DNA of 63,142 nucleotides, the filler included, from Chiloscyllium plagiosum (taxonomy: Eukaryota), in the NCBI RefSeq assembly GCF_004010195.1. It is 5 parts of one record of this genome, joined end to end, with 100 filler letters (N's around TTAATTAATTAA, not from the genome) between each part and the next. Parts side by side here need not be neighbours in the genome. Positions count along the whole stretch, not along the records: positions 1 to 22,034 come from NC_057711.1; positions 22,135 to 38,258 come from NC_057711.1; 3 more parts are not named here. One strand, written 5' to 3'. The number at the start of each line of letters is the position of its first letter. Positions within the stretch are counted from its first letter, which is position 1. The translations under genes were made by a program, and so were the position numbers. Shown one piece after another: positions 13,569-24,321 of the stretch. Under the pieces are notes generated by a model. The model did not search any database, was not told the origin of the DNA, and saw only the letters and a list, made by a program, of their open reading frames with translations.

Positions 13569-14189
13569 CTAAAGTTGTACAAACCTTCATTAGAATTGTA
13601 CGTTTATAAACTAATATGATTAATTTATTTTAAATTACATTATTTGCATTCACCTGAAAAATCCTTCACAGGAAAGGCAAATACACCTGCCATTTTGAAC
13701 ATATGTTTACTCAAAGTAAACATTTGTGTGAAATAAACAATTATAATAGATGAGCATTGATTTTTTTTGCCAGTTAACAAATAATACAATTTTGCACACA
13801 GAGGAATCAAATGTATTAACTGGACTTCTTAATTTATTAACCACTTTATAAGTAAAATTTGTAAACCCAAAAACAAATTTTGTATGAGAACATTAAAATT
13901 GATGATTTGAGGTTGTGCCTTCCTACCAGAGTGATAAGGCAAGCTTGGAAGTATATATACTAAATGTCAATGATCCTACCTAGCAATAAAGTTAATGTTA
14001 GTGTGGTTGATACTAAACTGCGCTCTAAAATTGCTGAGCAGATTTTACTATGATTAACCTAGGCATCAGAAACAACAAATGCATATTCAAACCACATGAC
14101 CCTTTGAAATCCTTCTTCCTAACATCGGGGGAATTGTGTCAAAATTGGGAGCGCTGAGTCATCAACTAGACAAACGACAGCAATAACAT

Positions 14190-14600
14190 ACTTTTCTAGA
14201 CTGAATTTTATTAGCCATTGCCCTGTACAGCTGACCTGCCCATTGTTAATCTCCTGCAATTTACAATTATCCTCCTCATTATTTATCACCCAACCAATTT
14301 TCATGTCATCTGCAAACTTTTGATCATTTCATGTGTACACACCAAAAATAGAAAGGGCTCCAGCCCCAAGTTCTGTGGACTCCTAGTCAAATGAGACTTC
14401 TAGTCACACAAACATTCCTCTGCTTTCTGTTCCTCAGGCAATTTTTGATCCAATATCCCACTTTGTCTAGGATCTCATAGACTCTTACTTTCTTGACTTC
14501 ACATTTTCAAAAGCCTTACTGAATCTTAATGTAGACTACACCAAATGATTACACTCATCAACATCCCGAATTAACTCTTCAAAAAAAGCAATCTCAAAAT
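14190..14600 (-). mobile_element. CR1 RT fragment
   Basis: Minus strand reads KFADDMKIG..INNEEDNCKLQE. Confidence 0.65.
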
Positions 14601-15924
14601 TGTCCCTGAGTGAGCTGTGTCTCTTGAAGTGCAGATATGTTCCTTCCCTCAGAATTCTTTCTAAACCCTTTTTCAGTCCCAGCCAAGCTTAACCTCAGTT
14701 TATGCAATAAACTATATTGATGTTGTATGCTTTGGCCATTATGTAACTTTTCATTGTACATTTTAAAGTTTGTTTTCAAACCGATATGCCATTTTGTTTT
14801 CCTGCTTCCAGGAAATGTATTTATTTATAATTAACTTCAAAAATTTATTTTACTTATACAATCTTCTAAACCTCTGGTTCTTCTTTCCATCACCTATCTG
14901 GTCTCTCTCTCTCTTCCTTAATTAATATTGCAAATCCTGCGTTCTAGCCCCAAAACTGCAAATAACATTTCTAATAATTCACACCTCTTCATAAGATTAA
15001 AGTAACAATTCTAAAATGTTGTTCTTTGCATCCCAGCTCCGGTATGAACTCTGCCTTGCTATTTCCCAATACATCCCTCCCCTCTCTATGATAGACCACA
15101 ACTTCTGGCCATGTTCATTACCTTCTCCGTTATCTGGAACTTCCTTACACTCTTGTGCACATGCCACACTGTCCTTCCACTCAACCAGCTTCATTTTAAA
15201 TACAATCTCAGGCCCACCTCCCATTTCTGCTAGCTACTGTGGCGTAACATTTATCCTGTTTCACCTTCTGTTCTAATTTTCACATCCTGCCTTTACTAAC
15301 GCCAGAGACTTAACTCTCTCCAACACCCTAAATTCTACATTAATCTACAAAGCACCTCATATTTCTCTGCATTTAACTTCATCTATCACCTATCTAGCCA
15401 ATCAACCAACTCACCTCTGTTCTTATGAAGTTTTGCACTTTCTCCTGTGCATTACATAATAACATTGCTGAACAAGTTTATTACACACCTCTGGACTAGG
15501 TGGGACTTGAACTCAGGCCTCCTGGTCCAGAAGTAGGGAGACTACCACAAAAGCTCCTCTACTTGCCCCTATTTGGATCCCCATGATTTTGAAGAACTTT
15601 ATCAAATATTGTCTCAATGTCTTCACCACTAAGATAACAATCTCAGCTTTTCCTTTCATGCAGATGACCCGAAAGATTAGTCTCAGTAGTATTTTTTAAG
15701 GACAGCTGTGCAGAAGAAAAATGCAGTTTACAGATGGAAAGGTTAAGGGTTTAAGACATAAAAAAGACATTCATGGGGTGATTAAAGTAGCAGATGCTTA
15801 AAAGGGCAGAATTGGAAGGGTGCAAACTACTCAGAGATTTGAGGTATTGGAGGATGTTTGAGAAATAGAGGATTAAATAAAAGGATTTAATTAAAAGGAT
15901 TAAATAAATTAAATAACATATTGT

Positions 15925-16220
15925 CTAGCTATCACCATTGTTAACAGCTAACCTAAGAATGCAACTTTAAAAAAAAGGTTTTGTGATTTACACATAAAGA
16001 AGTGAAACTTTCATGGTAATATTCAAACAGATGAAAGACTTAATCAATTTTTCAATGTATAATTTCAGTTACATCACACTGTAAATTTTTGCTATAAATT
16101 CTGTGTGTTAGGATTGAGCCCTCCATTATCACCTGATGATGGGAGCGTCGCTCCGAAAGCTGCTGTGCGTCCAATTAAACCTGTTGGACTATAACCTGGT
16201 GTTGCGTGATTTTTAACTAA
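15925..16220 (+). mobile_element. Penelope-like element terminal repeat with hammerhead-like core
   Basis: cctgatgatgggagcgtcgctccgaaagct followed by aattaaacctgttggactataacctggtgttg. Confidence 0.7.
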
Positions 16221-17256
16221 ATAAAAGGTGGCATTTATAACCAAGGATAAAAAATTGAAAATCGAGACATTTCTTATTGGGGAACTATTGTTAGTCAATG
16301 AGAATGGAATGATTGGTGAGTGAAGCTGGCTATTAGACAGGACTTCAGGGGCCGAGTTTCGGATGATGTCAACTTTAGAGAAAGGTACAATGTTTAGGAG
16401 TCTAACCTCCGGTACGTTGGGAGAGTAAAGCATGGATGAGCGTTTTCAGAGCAGACAAGTTGAAGTGGGGGCATAGTCAAGCAAAGTTATGGATGTTCAA
16501 ACAGAAGTTCTTAGTAATTTATTTTGGAATCATATTTTGAGTCTTGTTTGCAAATGTTTGAAAGGAAAGTTCATCTTTGCAATATTTATCCCATACGTGA
16601 TGTAATGGTGTTTGATTTGCCAAAAGCCGAAAGGGGCGAACAATCTTCTGCACCACTCCTTCACATTCTTCTTTCTGTCCGATTTAAAAACAAAATTGTG
16701 ACCTCTCAAACCATTTTTGCGCTTGCAAACGACAACTGGGATTTCAAAGAAACAGGCAGTGGACCATAACGGCGAGCGCCTGTCCAAATTTAATCCGAGC
16801 TCGCTTTAACCATGTTTTAAATAGCAGTTTCGCAGACATAATTACTGGGTGTTTGGTTTGGGCCTGCGATGCTACGTGGCAAGTGTCATCCCCAACTTCT
16901 GTTAACACATGTTGAGTTTCCCCGCTTTGTCCCACACGTCTAACTTTTTTGTAACTAGAGGGCGTGGAATTTGCCTCCACAGTCTGGACCAGCCCGAGGT
17001 TACACTATTGTAATCGCATTAGCTACCCTACAATTGAACTCGTCTCCCAATGTAACAAGGTAATGTCGAATCAGTCGGGTCTGAGAGCTGAAACCCCGCC
17101 TTCGGCCCATTGTGATTGGTTGTTTGAAGGGTGGTCCTTTCAGCAAGCCCTGCTGTTGGGCAGACCAGCTGTCAATCCAGTTGGCAACCGAGCGCATTGC
17201 CTCTTGAAGTCTGCTCCTTGTCTCCGCTCACTGTTCCCCAGCAACTGTGAACCTAC

Positions 17257-17355
17257 CTTGGCTGTTACCTTTGGGCCTCGTTTTTTCTTATTCACGCAGG
17301 TGGCTGCGTCCAGAAGAAACACCACGAACAGAAGCAAAAGCAACTGCGATTTCAT
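17257..17355 (-). CDS. PPIC: PPIC coding exon 1 (signal peptide): MKSQLLLLLFVVFLLDAATCVNKKKRGPKVTAK
   Basis: ATG at 17355, hydrophobic signal peptide, donor AAG|GTAGGT at 17256. Confidence 0.93.
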
Positions 17356-17720
17356 CCTGGGGAAAATAAAGTTTTTTTCAAAAATAAATTAATTACGTGG
17401 CTCTCATAGCTCCATCGACAAACACCCGGAGAGATCCAGACTCCGCCTTTTACTGGAAGCAAACAGCGCAGCTCGGCGGGTGGGGACAGCAGGCACACCC
17501 GCCCTTTCCGGGATCCCACAGCAGAATGGGTGGACAAAGCAACCCTCATGCCTAACCTCCAAGATGTCGTATTTGCAATTCAAAATCCGCGAATTCTTTC
17601 GATGATCCGAAAGTATAGGGCATTTCGACACATTTCCTTTCGAATCCAATGATTCTGGAAAAAATTGTACAGTAATCTCGCAAACGATTTGACCCGCACA
17701 GTATTACAATCCCACATCAC
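17356..17720 (-). promoter_or_regulatory. CpG-rich 5' region / probable promoter of PPIC
   Basis: Local CpG enrichment against a CpG-poor background, GC box CCCGCCC near 17498-17504, CCAAT near 17646, directly upstream of the ATG. Confidence 0.6.
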
Positions 17721-17884
17721 CCTCTGAAGACTGAACAGAATTGTTAACCCCGATAATACAAGAGATACAGTTCAGACAACTTCACTGCAACATTCTGACC
17801 ATGTTTTTACTTAGCATGACTATTTATTGTAGCGTTGGAAAGTGGCTGATAAGGTATCATAACTTTAAATGAAAAAAAAACGGT

Positions 17885-18030
17885 TCAAAGTAAAATAATG
17901 TGGATGTCGCAAATCTGAAACAAACACAGACAATGCTGGAGAAACCCAGCAGGCCTGATCGCATCTATGGAGAGAGAAAACAGAGAACGCGAGTTAATGT
18001 TTCGAGTCTCCAGCATGACTTCTTCAGCAG
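17885..18030 (-). mobile_element. Penelope-like terminal fragment
   Basis: Minus strand CTGAAGAAGTC...GACTCGAAACATTAACTC followed by gatgc..cctgctgggtttctccagca. Confidence 0.6.
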
Positions 18031-18589
18031 ACTATCGAAACTCACAGAAACTTTTAAAAAATAAATCTCTGCTATTAACACAATAGTGTCATCATTGTAG
18101 AATGCACGACTTGTAGCCCGTGATATTCTAAATTTGTGTGCATTCTGCTTAAATGTATTTTGAACGTTTGCAAGAGATAGTTGTTGAAATGGAAGAAATC
18201 AATAACTCCTGATCGATTTCAACAGGGACAGGTAAAATCTACACATCAAAATTAGAACAAAAGTGTAATGTGAAACCTCATTGACAAAGGCGATACTCAT
18301 CGAAAAGTAACAACATTGCAGAAAATGCGTCTATTTCTGACTTAATACGGACTACCATATTTGTAGTTAATTTGTAATAAATTGTACTTATTGATGGCAG
18401 AATACAGATGCGCATTACTTTGGAAATTTTTGGTGGTCTTGAGTCGCTGTCTATTGGTGTTGTAAATATTAATTTGGGGCGGTGACAACAATAGCCACGA
18501 GGTGTTTTTAACAACACATTGTCCAATCAAACGCACTGAATAACAGATATTCCACACAAAATACTAACCACAATAAAAATTAACAAAGA

Positions 18590-18880
18590 CCATCACCACC
18601 CAAAAGGACAAGGGCAGCAAACACATGGGGATACCACTGCCTTCAAGTTCCCCTCCAAACCACTCAGAATTCTTACTTGGAAATATATTATCGTTCCTTT
18701 AATGTCGGTGAGTAAGAAATCCTGGAATTCCATCCCTATGGGCAGTGGGAATCTACCTACAACACATGGATTGCAGCGGTTCGAGAAGGCAGCTCACCAG
18801 CACCTTCTCAGGGACAACCAAGGATGAGCAATAAATGCTGGTCAAGGCAACGACACCTACGTCCTATGAATGAGTAAAAA
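18590..18880 (+). mobile_element. CR1/L2-group LINE 3' end
   Basis: caccactgccttcaagttcccctccaa...gcagcggttcgagaaggcagctcacc...gcaataaatgctgg. Confidence 0.7.
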
Positions 18881-19444
18881 CATGTAAAATAATGATACAA
18901 ACAGTAAATATCATGATACTGTCGCTGAAGTTCACACAAAATGAGCCCACCAAGAGCCAGAAGAATGGGTGTTTTCAATTAGAATTTGTAAGTTCACAAT
19001 GTTTGACTCCTGCTGTTTCAAGCAGGTGGATGTTGGCCAGCTGTTGTTTGAAAGACATTTTACAAGGTGACTGCTTTATAGAAGCCATAGTGTTAGGTTA
19101 AGATAGTCACCAATCCGTAAACCAATTTCTGAAATGGTAGCCAAGTCTGTATCACTAAACTATCTGATCAGACTCTCTTTAGTACATGTTGATTTAGTTT
19201 TGAATATTTTCTGATCAACCTGTTCAGTTATGTTATTATACACCTCGGGAACAGATGGAACTTAAATCCCAGCCTCGGCTCAGAGATAGGGACGCTACCA
19301 CTACATCACAAGCTGTTTTTATTTACGTTTTTTTAAGGTTGCCTGAATAATTGTCTCTAATTTATGCAGTTCCGCTCTACTGAAAGTCGACTTCTTAATC
19401 TAAAGCTTTAAGTTTTGTTGGCCATATATGCTTGTTCCTGAAGT

Positions 19445-19585
19445 AAGTGCAAAGTGCTGCGGATGCTGGAGATCTGGGCAAAAAGGGGACAGAAAATGCT
19501 GAAGACACTCAGCAGGTCTGGCAGCATCTGGAGGGAGAAAACCAGAGTTAACGTTCGAAACGGATATGACTCCTTCGGGTTTTAG
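19445..19585 (-). mobile_element. Penelope-like terminal fragment
   Basis: gctgcggatgctggagatctg...cagcaggtctggcagcatctg...gttaacgttcgaaa. Confidence 0.55.
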
Positions 19586-20089
19586 TTTTGGTTTTCTGAA
19601 CTGCTGCCTTGGAAGAACGAGATTTGCATGCGTCTGGATCCATGATGTAATCGTTACACTAACCCATTGAAAATACTGGAAGATATTGTCATTTTGATAA
19701 TTGCATTGCACTCAACGACTCTGCTCCTTTGATGAAGCCGTGCCCACACATTGCTTCTCACATATCTCCGGACTTGCCCTGAGATTGCCGACATAGTTCA
19801 AGAGAATTTTTCTGACCATGTTACCTATTACTAAGCTGTAAATAAGGTGTCGGCATTTAACTCTGTTTCTCAGGGTTATTAAATCGGAAATTCTCTCAAA
19901 ACAAGCACATATAAGGCACATGTGAAATAAAAATGCGCCTATTAAGTGGTCCATTGGTAAATTATTTCTACAGAGAATAGTCTACGCTATTTATATGCCG
20001 CAGCACGCCATTTATTGTTGTAATATGTTTTGACAAAGCAGGAACATGTCACCATTTTCTTTAGTACCTTAAAGAACACCTGACAGACA

Positions 20090-20745
20090 CACAGTCCTTT
20101 AAGGTGTCACCAACACGTGCAGAAGAAAATGAAGAAAGCCAATGGAATGCTGGCCTTTATATCTAGAAGACTTGGGTATAAGGGTGGAGACGTTATGCTG
20201 CAGCTACAGGAAACCCTGGTTAGACCCCACTTGGAGTACTGTGGTACATTAGCGCTGGAGGGAATACAACATAGGTTTACAAGAACGATACCCAGACTTC
20301 AGGTTAAGTTATGACGAGAGATTACGTAAATTAAAACCTGTTTTCTTTAGAAGTTAGAAGGTTCAAGGGTGATCTGATCAAAGTCTTCAAGATATTAACA
20401 GGAAGTGGCAGGGTAGATAAAGGTAAACTATTTTCACTGCTTGGGGATTCCAGAACTTGGGATGTAGTCTGAGAATTAGGACTAGACCATTCAGGAGAGA
20501 TGTTAGAAAGCACTTCTTCATACAAAGTATGGTAGATGCTTGGAAATATTTTCCACAAATGTAAGTGAATGCAGGATCAGTTGTTAATTTTGAACTAGAG
20601 ATAGATCATTTTTGTTAAACCAAAGGTATTAAGGGATTTGGGCCAAATGCAGGTATATGGAGTTAGGCCACAAATCATCCATGATCTAATTGAATAATGA
20701 AACAGGTTTGAGGAGCTGAATAGTTGCATCTATGTTCCTATGATT
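20090..20745 (+). mobile_element. CR1 LINE 3' fragment
   Basis: ORF 20117-20314 KKANGMLAFISR...LVRPHLEYC; tail atgttcctatg. Confidence 0.85.
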
Positions 20746-21844
20746 ATACATCACTTTTTGCTTCAGTCCTTACAACTTCTTTAGGAGTTAACTGCTCATT
20801 CACAATCATGCAAAACTTAAGAATTAATTCTTACTTACTTGCCAAATTATTTTGCAAAATGTTTTCAGATTTCAGTTCTAAACTTTAACATTCAATACTC
20901 TAACTTATATGTACAAAGCATACAATGCCTTGTACTCTTTCCTGTTTGATTTGACAGCAGATATGATTGATGTTATAAAGTGTTTTATTGTCCTGGTATA
21001 ATCACTACGAGTGAATGAGAAAGTCAAACCAATAAAAGACGAAGAGCAAATTCCTGTCTTGCATTAATCAACCTGTAACACATGTTTTCAAAGCTATGTT
21101 TTCAAAGTCATAAGTTAGTTGAAAGGATTGAAAAGCTGTAGTGAAAAGATTGCAAACTAATCACAGATAAATATGGCATTGGGTCCATCTTCGCTCATAG
21201 ACATCTAGTTCAGTGGTTGTCAAAATATTTAACTGTAAGAGACTTTTGCAAATGGATTGGGAATCAAGAATAATCCAATTATATTATAATAGTGTATAAT
21301 AGTTGAAATATGCCAATATTTTAATGATGTTTTTTAAAAGTCTGATATTTATTTGCATGTATCAATTACATTTTATGCTTATTGTGTTTACAGAGACTAT
21401 GCAGGCAAGAATCAAGGAGAACCAACATATAGGAAGATCAGGACACAGAGCATGTACAAACAGATGCAGGGAAGGGGGAAGCACAGGAGCAAAGTGGAAC
21501 TACATCATGATGAGAGCAGAAATATTAAGTAAAGTGTGCAGAAAGCAGAATCCTGGATTGAGCAAGAAACCAGCGTGAGCCAAAGCACCAAGAGAGCAGG
21601 AAGGCAAAGAGTACAAAAACACGATGAGAAGAGGAACCCAGAGACAACAGTAACCCAGACAAACCAGGAGCATGGAGAGAACAAGGACCTGGAGATGGCA
21701 GGATCACAGACAGTACAAACATTCAGGCATAACAGGAGGACAGGGAAAGCAGGAACATCGACAAAACAGGAACACAGAGAGCACAGAAATTCACCAGGAG
21801 CACAGAGAGAATGGGAAAGCAGAATGAACAGGAGCACAAAGCAA

Positions 21845-22034
21845 GCAGTGACACAGAGAGAACAGTGACACAGAGAGAACAGTGACACAGAGAGAACAGT
21901 GACCCAGATGGAACAGGGGCCCAGAGAGAACAGTGACACAGAGAGAACAGTGACACAGAGAGAACAGGGGCCCAGAGAGAACAGTGACCCAGAGAGAACA
22001 GTGACCCAGAGAGAACAGGGGCCCAGAGAGAACA
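21845..22034. repeat. 17-bp minisatellite (CACAGAGAGAACAGTGA / CCCAGAGAGAACAGGGG), with a degenerate purine-rich lead-in from about 21400
   Basis: Direct tandem copies running into the gap. Confidence 0.9.
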
Positions 22035-22134
22035 NNNNNNNNNNNNNNNNNNNNNNNNNNNNNNNNNNNNNNNNNNNNTTAATTAATTAANNNNNNNNNN
22101 NNNNNNNNNNNNNNNNNNNNNNNNNNNNNNNNNN
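22035..22134. other. Artificial contig linker (N44-TTAATTAATTAA-N44)
   Basis: Exactly 100 bp with an all-frame-stop 12-mer; identical at four places. Confidence 0.97.
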
Positions 22135-22670
22135 ACAGTCTCACACACAATAACCCACTCAGACTCACACAGTCACACACACAATAACCCACACAGACTC
22201 ACACTCTCTCACATACAATAACCGACTCAGACTCACACAGACTCACACAGTCTCACACACAATAACCCACACAGACTCACACCCTCTCACACACAATAAC
22301 CCACCCAGACTCACACAGTCTCACACACAATAACCGACTCAGACTCACACTCTCTCACACACAATAACCCACCCAGATTCACACAGTCACACACACAATA
22401 ACCCACACAGACTCACACTCTCTCACATACAATAACCGACTCAGACTCACACAGACTCACACAGTCTCACACACAATAACCCACACAGACTCACACCCTC
22501 TCACACACAATAACCCACCCAGACTCACACAGTCTCACACACAATAACCGACTCAGACTCACACTCTCTCACACACAATAACCCACCCAGATTCACACAG
22601 TCACACACACAATAACCCACACAGACTCACACCCTCTCACATACAATAACCCACCCAGACTCACACACAC
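22135..22670. repeat. About 32-34-bp CA-rich minisatellite (CACACACAATAACCCACACAGACTCACACAGTCT)
   Basis: Tandem copies from the contig start. Confidence 0.92.
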
Positions 22671-22880
22671 ATTGATAAGAGAGCGACATTGTTAGGAAGG
22701 AAATGGACCAGAATCAATGAGAAGTTTCTATGTAGTACTGTGGTCTACAGGCTGGATGGCAGTTGAGTTATTTCTCCATGTAATTCTGAGCCTTTTTTTC
22801 AAAAAGATCATCATCTTCCTATGTGAACTCCATGATAAGTACATACATGACTAGGACAGGTTTTGAGGGATATGGGCAAA

Positions 22881-23000
22881 AGTGAGGACTGCAGATGCTG
22901 GAAATCAGAGTCTAGATTAGAGTTGTGCTGGAAAAGCACAGCAGGTCAGGCAGCATCCGAGGAGCAGGAAAATTGACGTTTCGGGCAAAAGTCCTTCAGG
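22881..23000 (-). mobile_element. Penelope-like terminal fragment
   Basis: Minus strand ccctgaaggacttttgcccgaaacgtcaa (hammerhead core damaged), then gatgctgcctgacctgctgtgcttttccagca. Confidence 0.7.
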
Positions 23001-23809
23001 GATTATGTTCAGCATGGAGTGGTTGGACGGAAGGCACTATTTCTGTGCTATATGATTCTATGACTATGACTCTACTAAGAAAGGCTTACTTCTCCATGAT
23101 AGTCTTCTGTGAATTTAAATAAAGATTTTTCTTTCCTCATTTCAATAGTATCTTTTACAAATGTAATATCATCACTCATTAATTGCATCAGCAAATTTCA
23201 CTCAGCTAATTGTTCACAGTGATCTTGGATATCTGAATACTTCTATGAAAAAGAGGTATTTTTCTCCATCAATGTATCTTGACAGTGTGAAATGTAAAAG
23301 AACATTGACCATCTCTGGAACTTATTTATGGATATCTTCTGTAAACTATCCTTTTTCAGTCTCAAAGGTTTGCTTGTGCTGTGTGACTGATAATAGCTGG
23401 GCTAGTAGGTCCATATTTGCATTCAGCTAGTGAAACTGAAATTCATGTTTAACTTTGGTCTGTTTGAACTTCTTTTGAAGCTTGACTCTAAACTTCTCCA
23501 AGCTAGTCTGCATCCTTATAAAGTTCTCTAATTTGGTGCTTTCTCTTTGTGAAAGTGATCTTGAATACTTTCACAGCTTGCTGATGAGTGACAATTACAC
23601 ATTTCGACTGGCTGTTTTGTAGGTTACAAGTCTCTGATTGTTCATCGTGCTTGAAGCTCTTCTTGAGCTGCTAGCCCTTTAAGGGTTCAGGAATCCAAAC
23701 TTTGAGGCTGTTCACCACACCCAAAGGTGCAAGATGCATTTTTGGAAAGAAGGGAGAAAGTGGTATAAGAGTATGCCCAATGAGCAAGCTGACAGTCATC
23801 GTAAGGCAG

Positions 23810-23990
23810 GAGTGGGTACTGCAGATGCTGGAGATTAGAGTCAAGGTTAGAGTGGTGCTGGAAAAGCACAGCAGGTCAGGCAGCATCCAAGGAGTAGGAA
23901 AAATCAACATTTCGGACAAAAACCCTTCATCAGGAATTCATGGGTGCTGCCTGACCTGCTGTGCTTTCCCAGCATCACTCTAATCTTGAC
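23810..23990. mobile_element. Penelope-like termini in inverted arrangement
   Basis: 46-bp arms 23840-23885 and 23945-23990 (43/46 complementary) flanking a hammerhead core on the minus strand. Confidence 0.75.
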
Positions 23991-24321
23991 AGTCATCCTA
24001 AGTTGAACGAGGTCAACGCACATGAATTCAGGATTTTTCCATAAACATGAGTTCATGGCAACGTATAATGTCATTGCACCCAGACTAGATTATGTGATGC
24101 TGTCAAGAGTAATGGTCAAGTCCTGAAGAGAATTTAGTGATGCAGGTGTCATGCCAGATATGAAGTGCACATCTACAACAAATGTTATACATTCATCTAT
24201 GAAGACAGATAGCATTCTGTAGGGTGAAGTGATACAATCAAGTCATGATAACTGTATAAGGATGAGATCTAGTCAAGATCTGTATGCCCATCAAGGAGTT
24301 ATCTGAATGTATAGAGACAAT

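Larger units (their letters stand above)
1252..17355 (-). other. PPIC: PPIC gene span (cyclophilin C), CDS = join(17355-17257, 13568-13455, 11233-11140, 9986-9802, 1383-1252), 624 nt, 207 aa
   Basis: Five hand-spliced exons of 99, 114, 94, 185 and 132 nt. All introns are GT-AG with compatible phases, giving a signal peptide plus a full cyclophilin domain. PPIC rather than PPIB from the motifs [32 protein letters not shown] and [14 protein letters not shown], and from the PRDM6 neighbour. Confidence 0.95.

Noticed and set aside
22079..22090. TTAATTAATTAA palindrome found four times
   Set aside because: Centre of an artificial N-linker, not biological.
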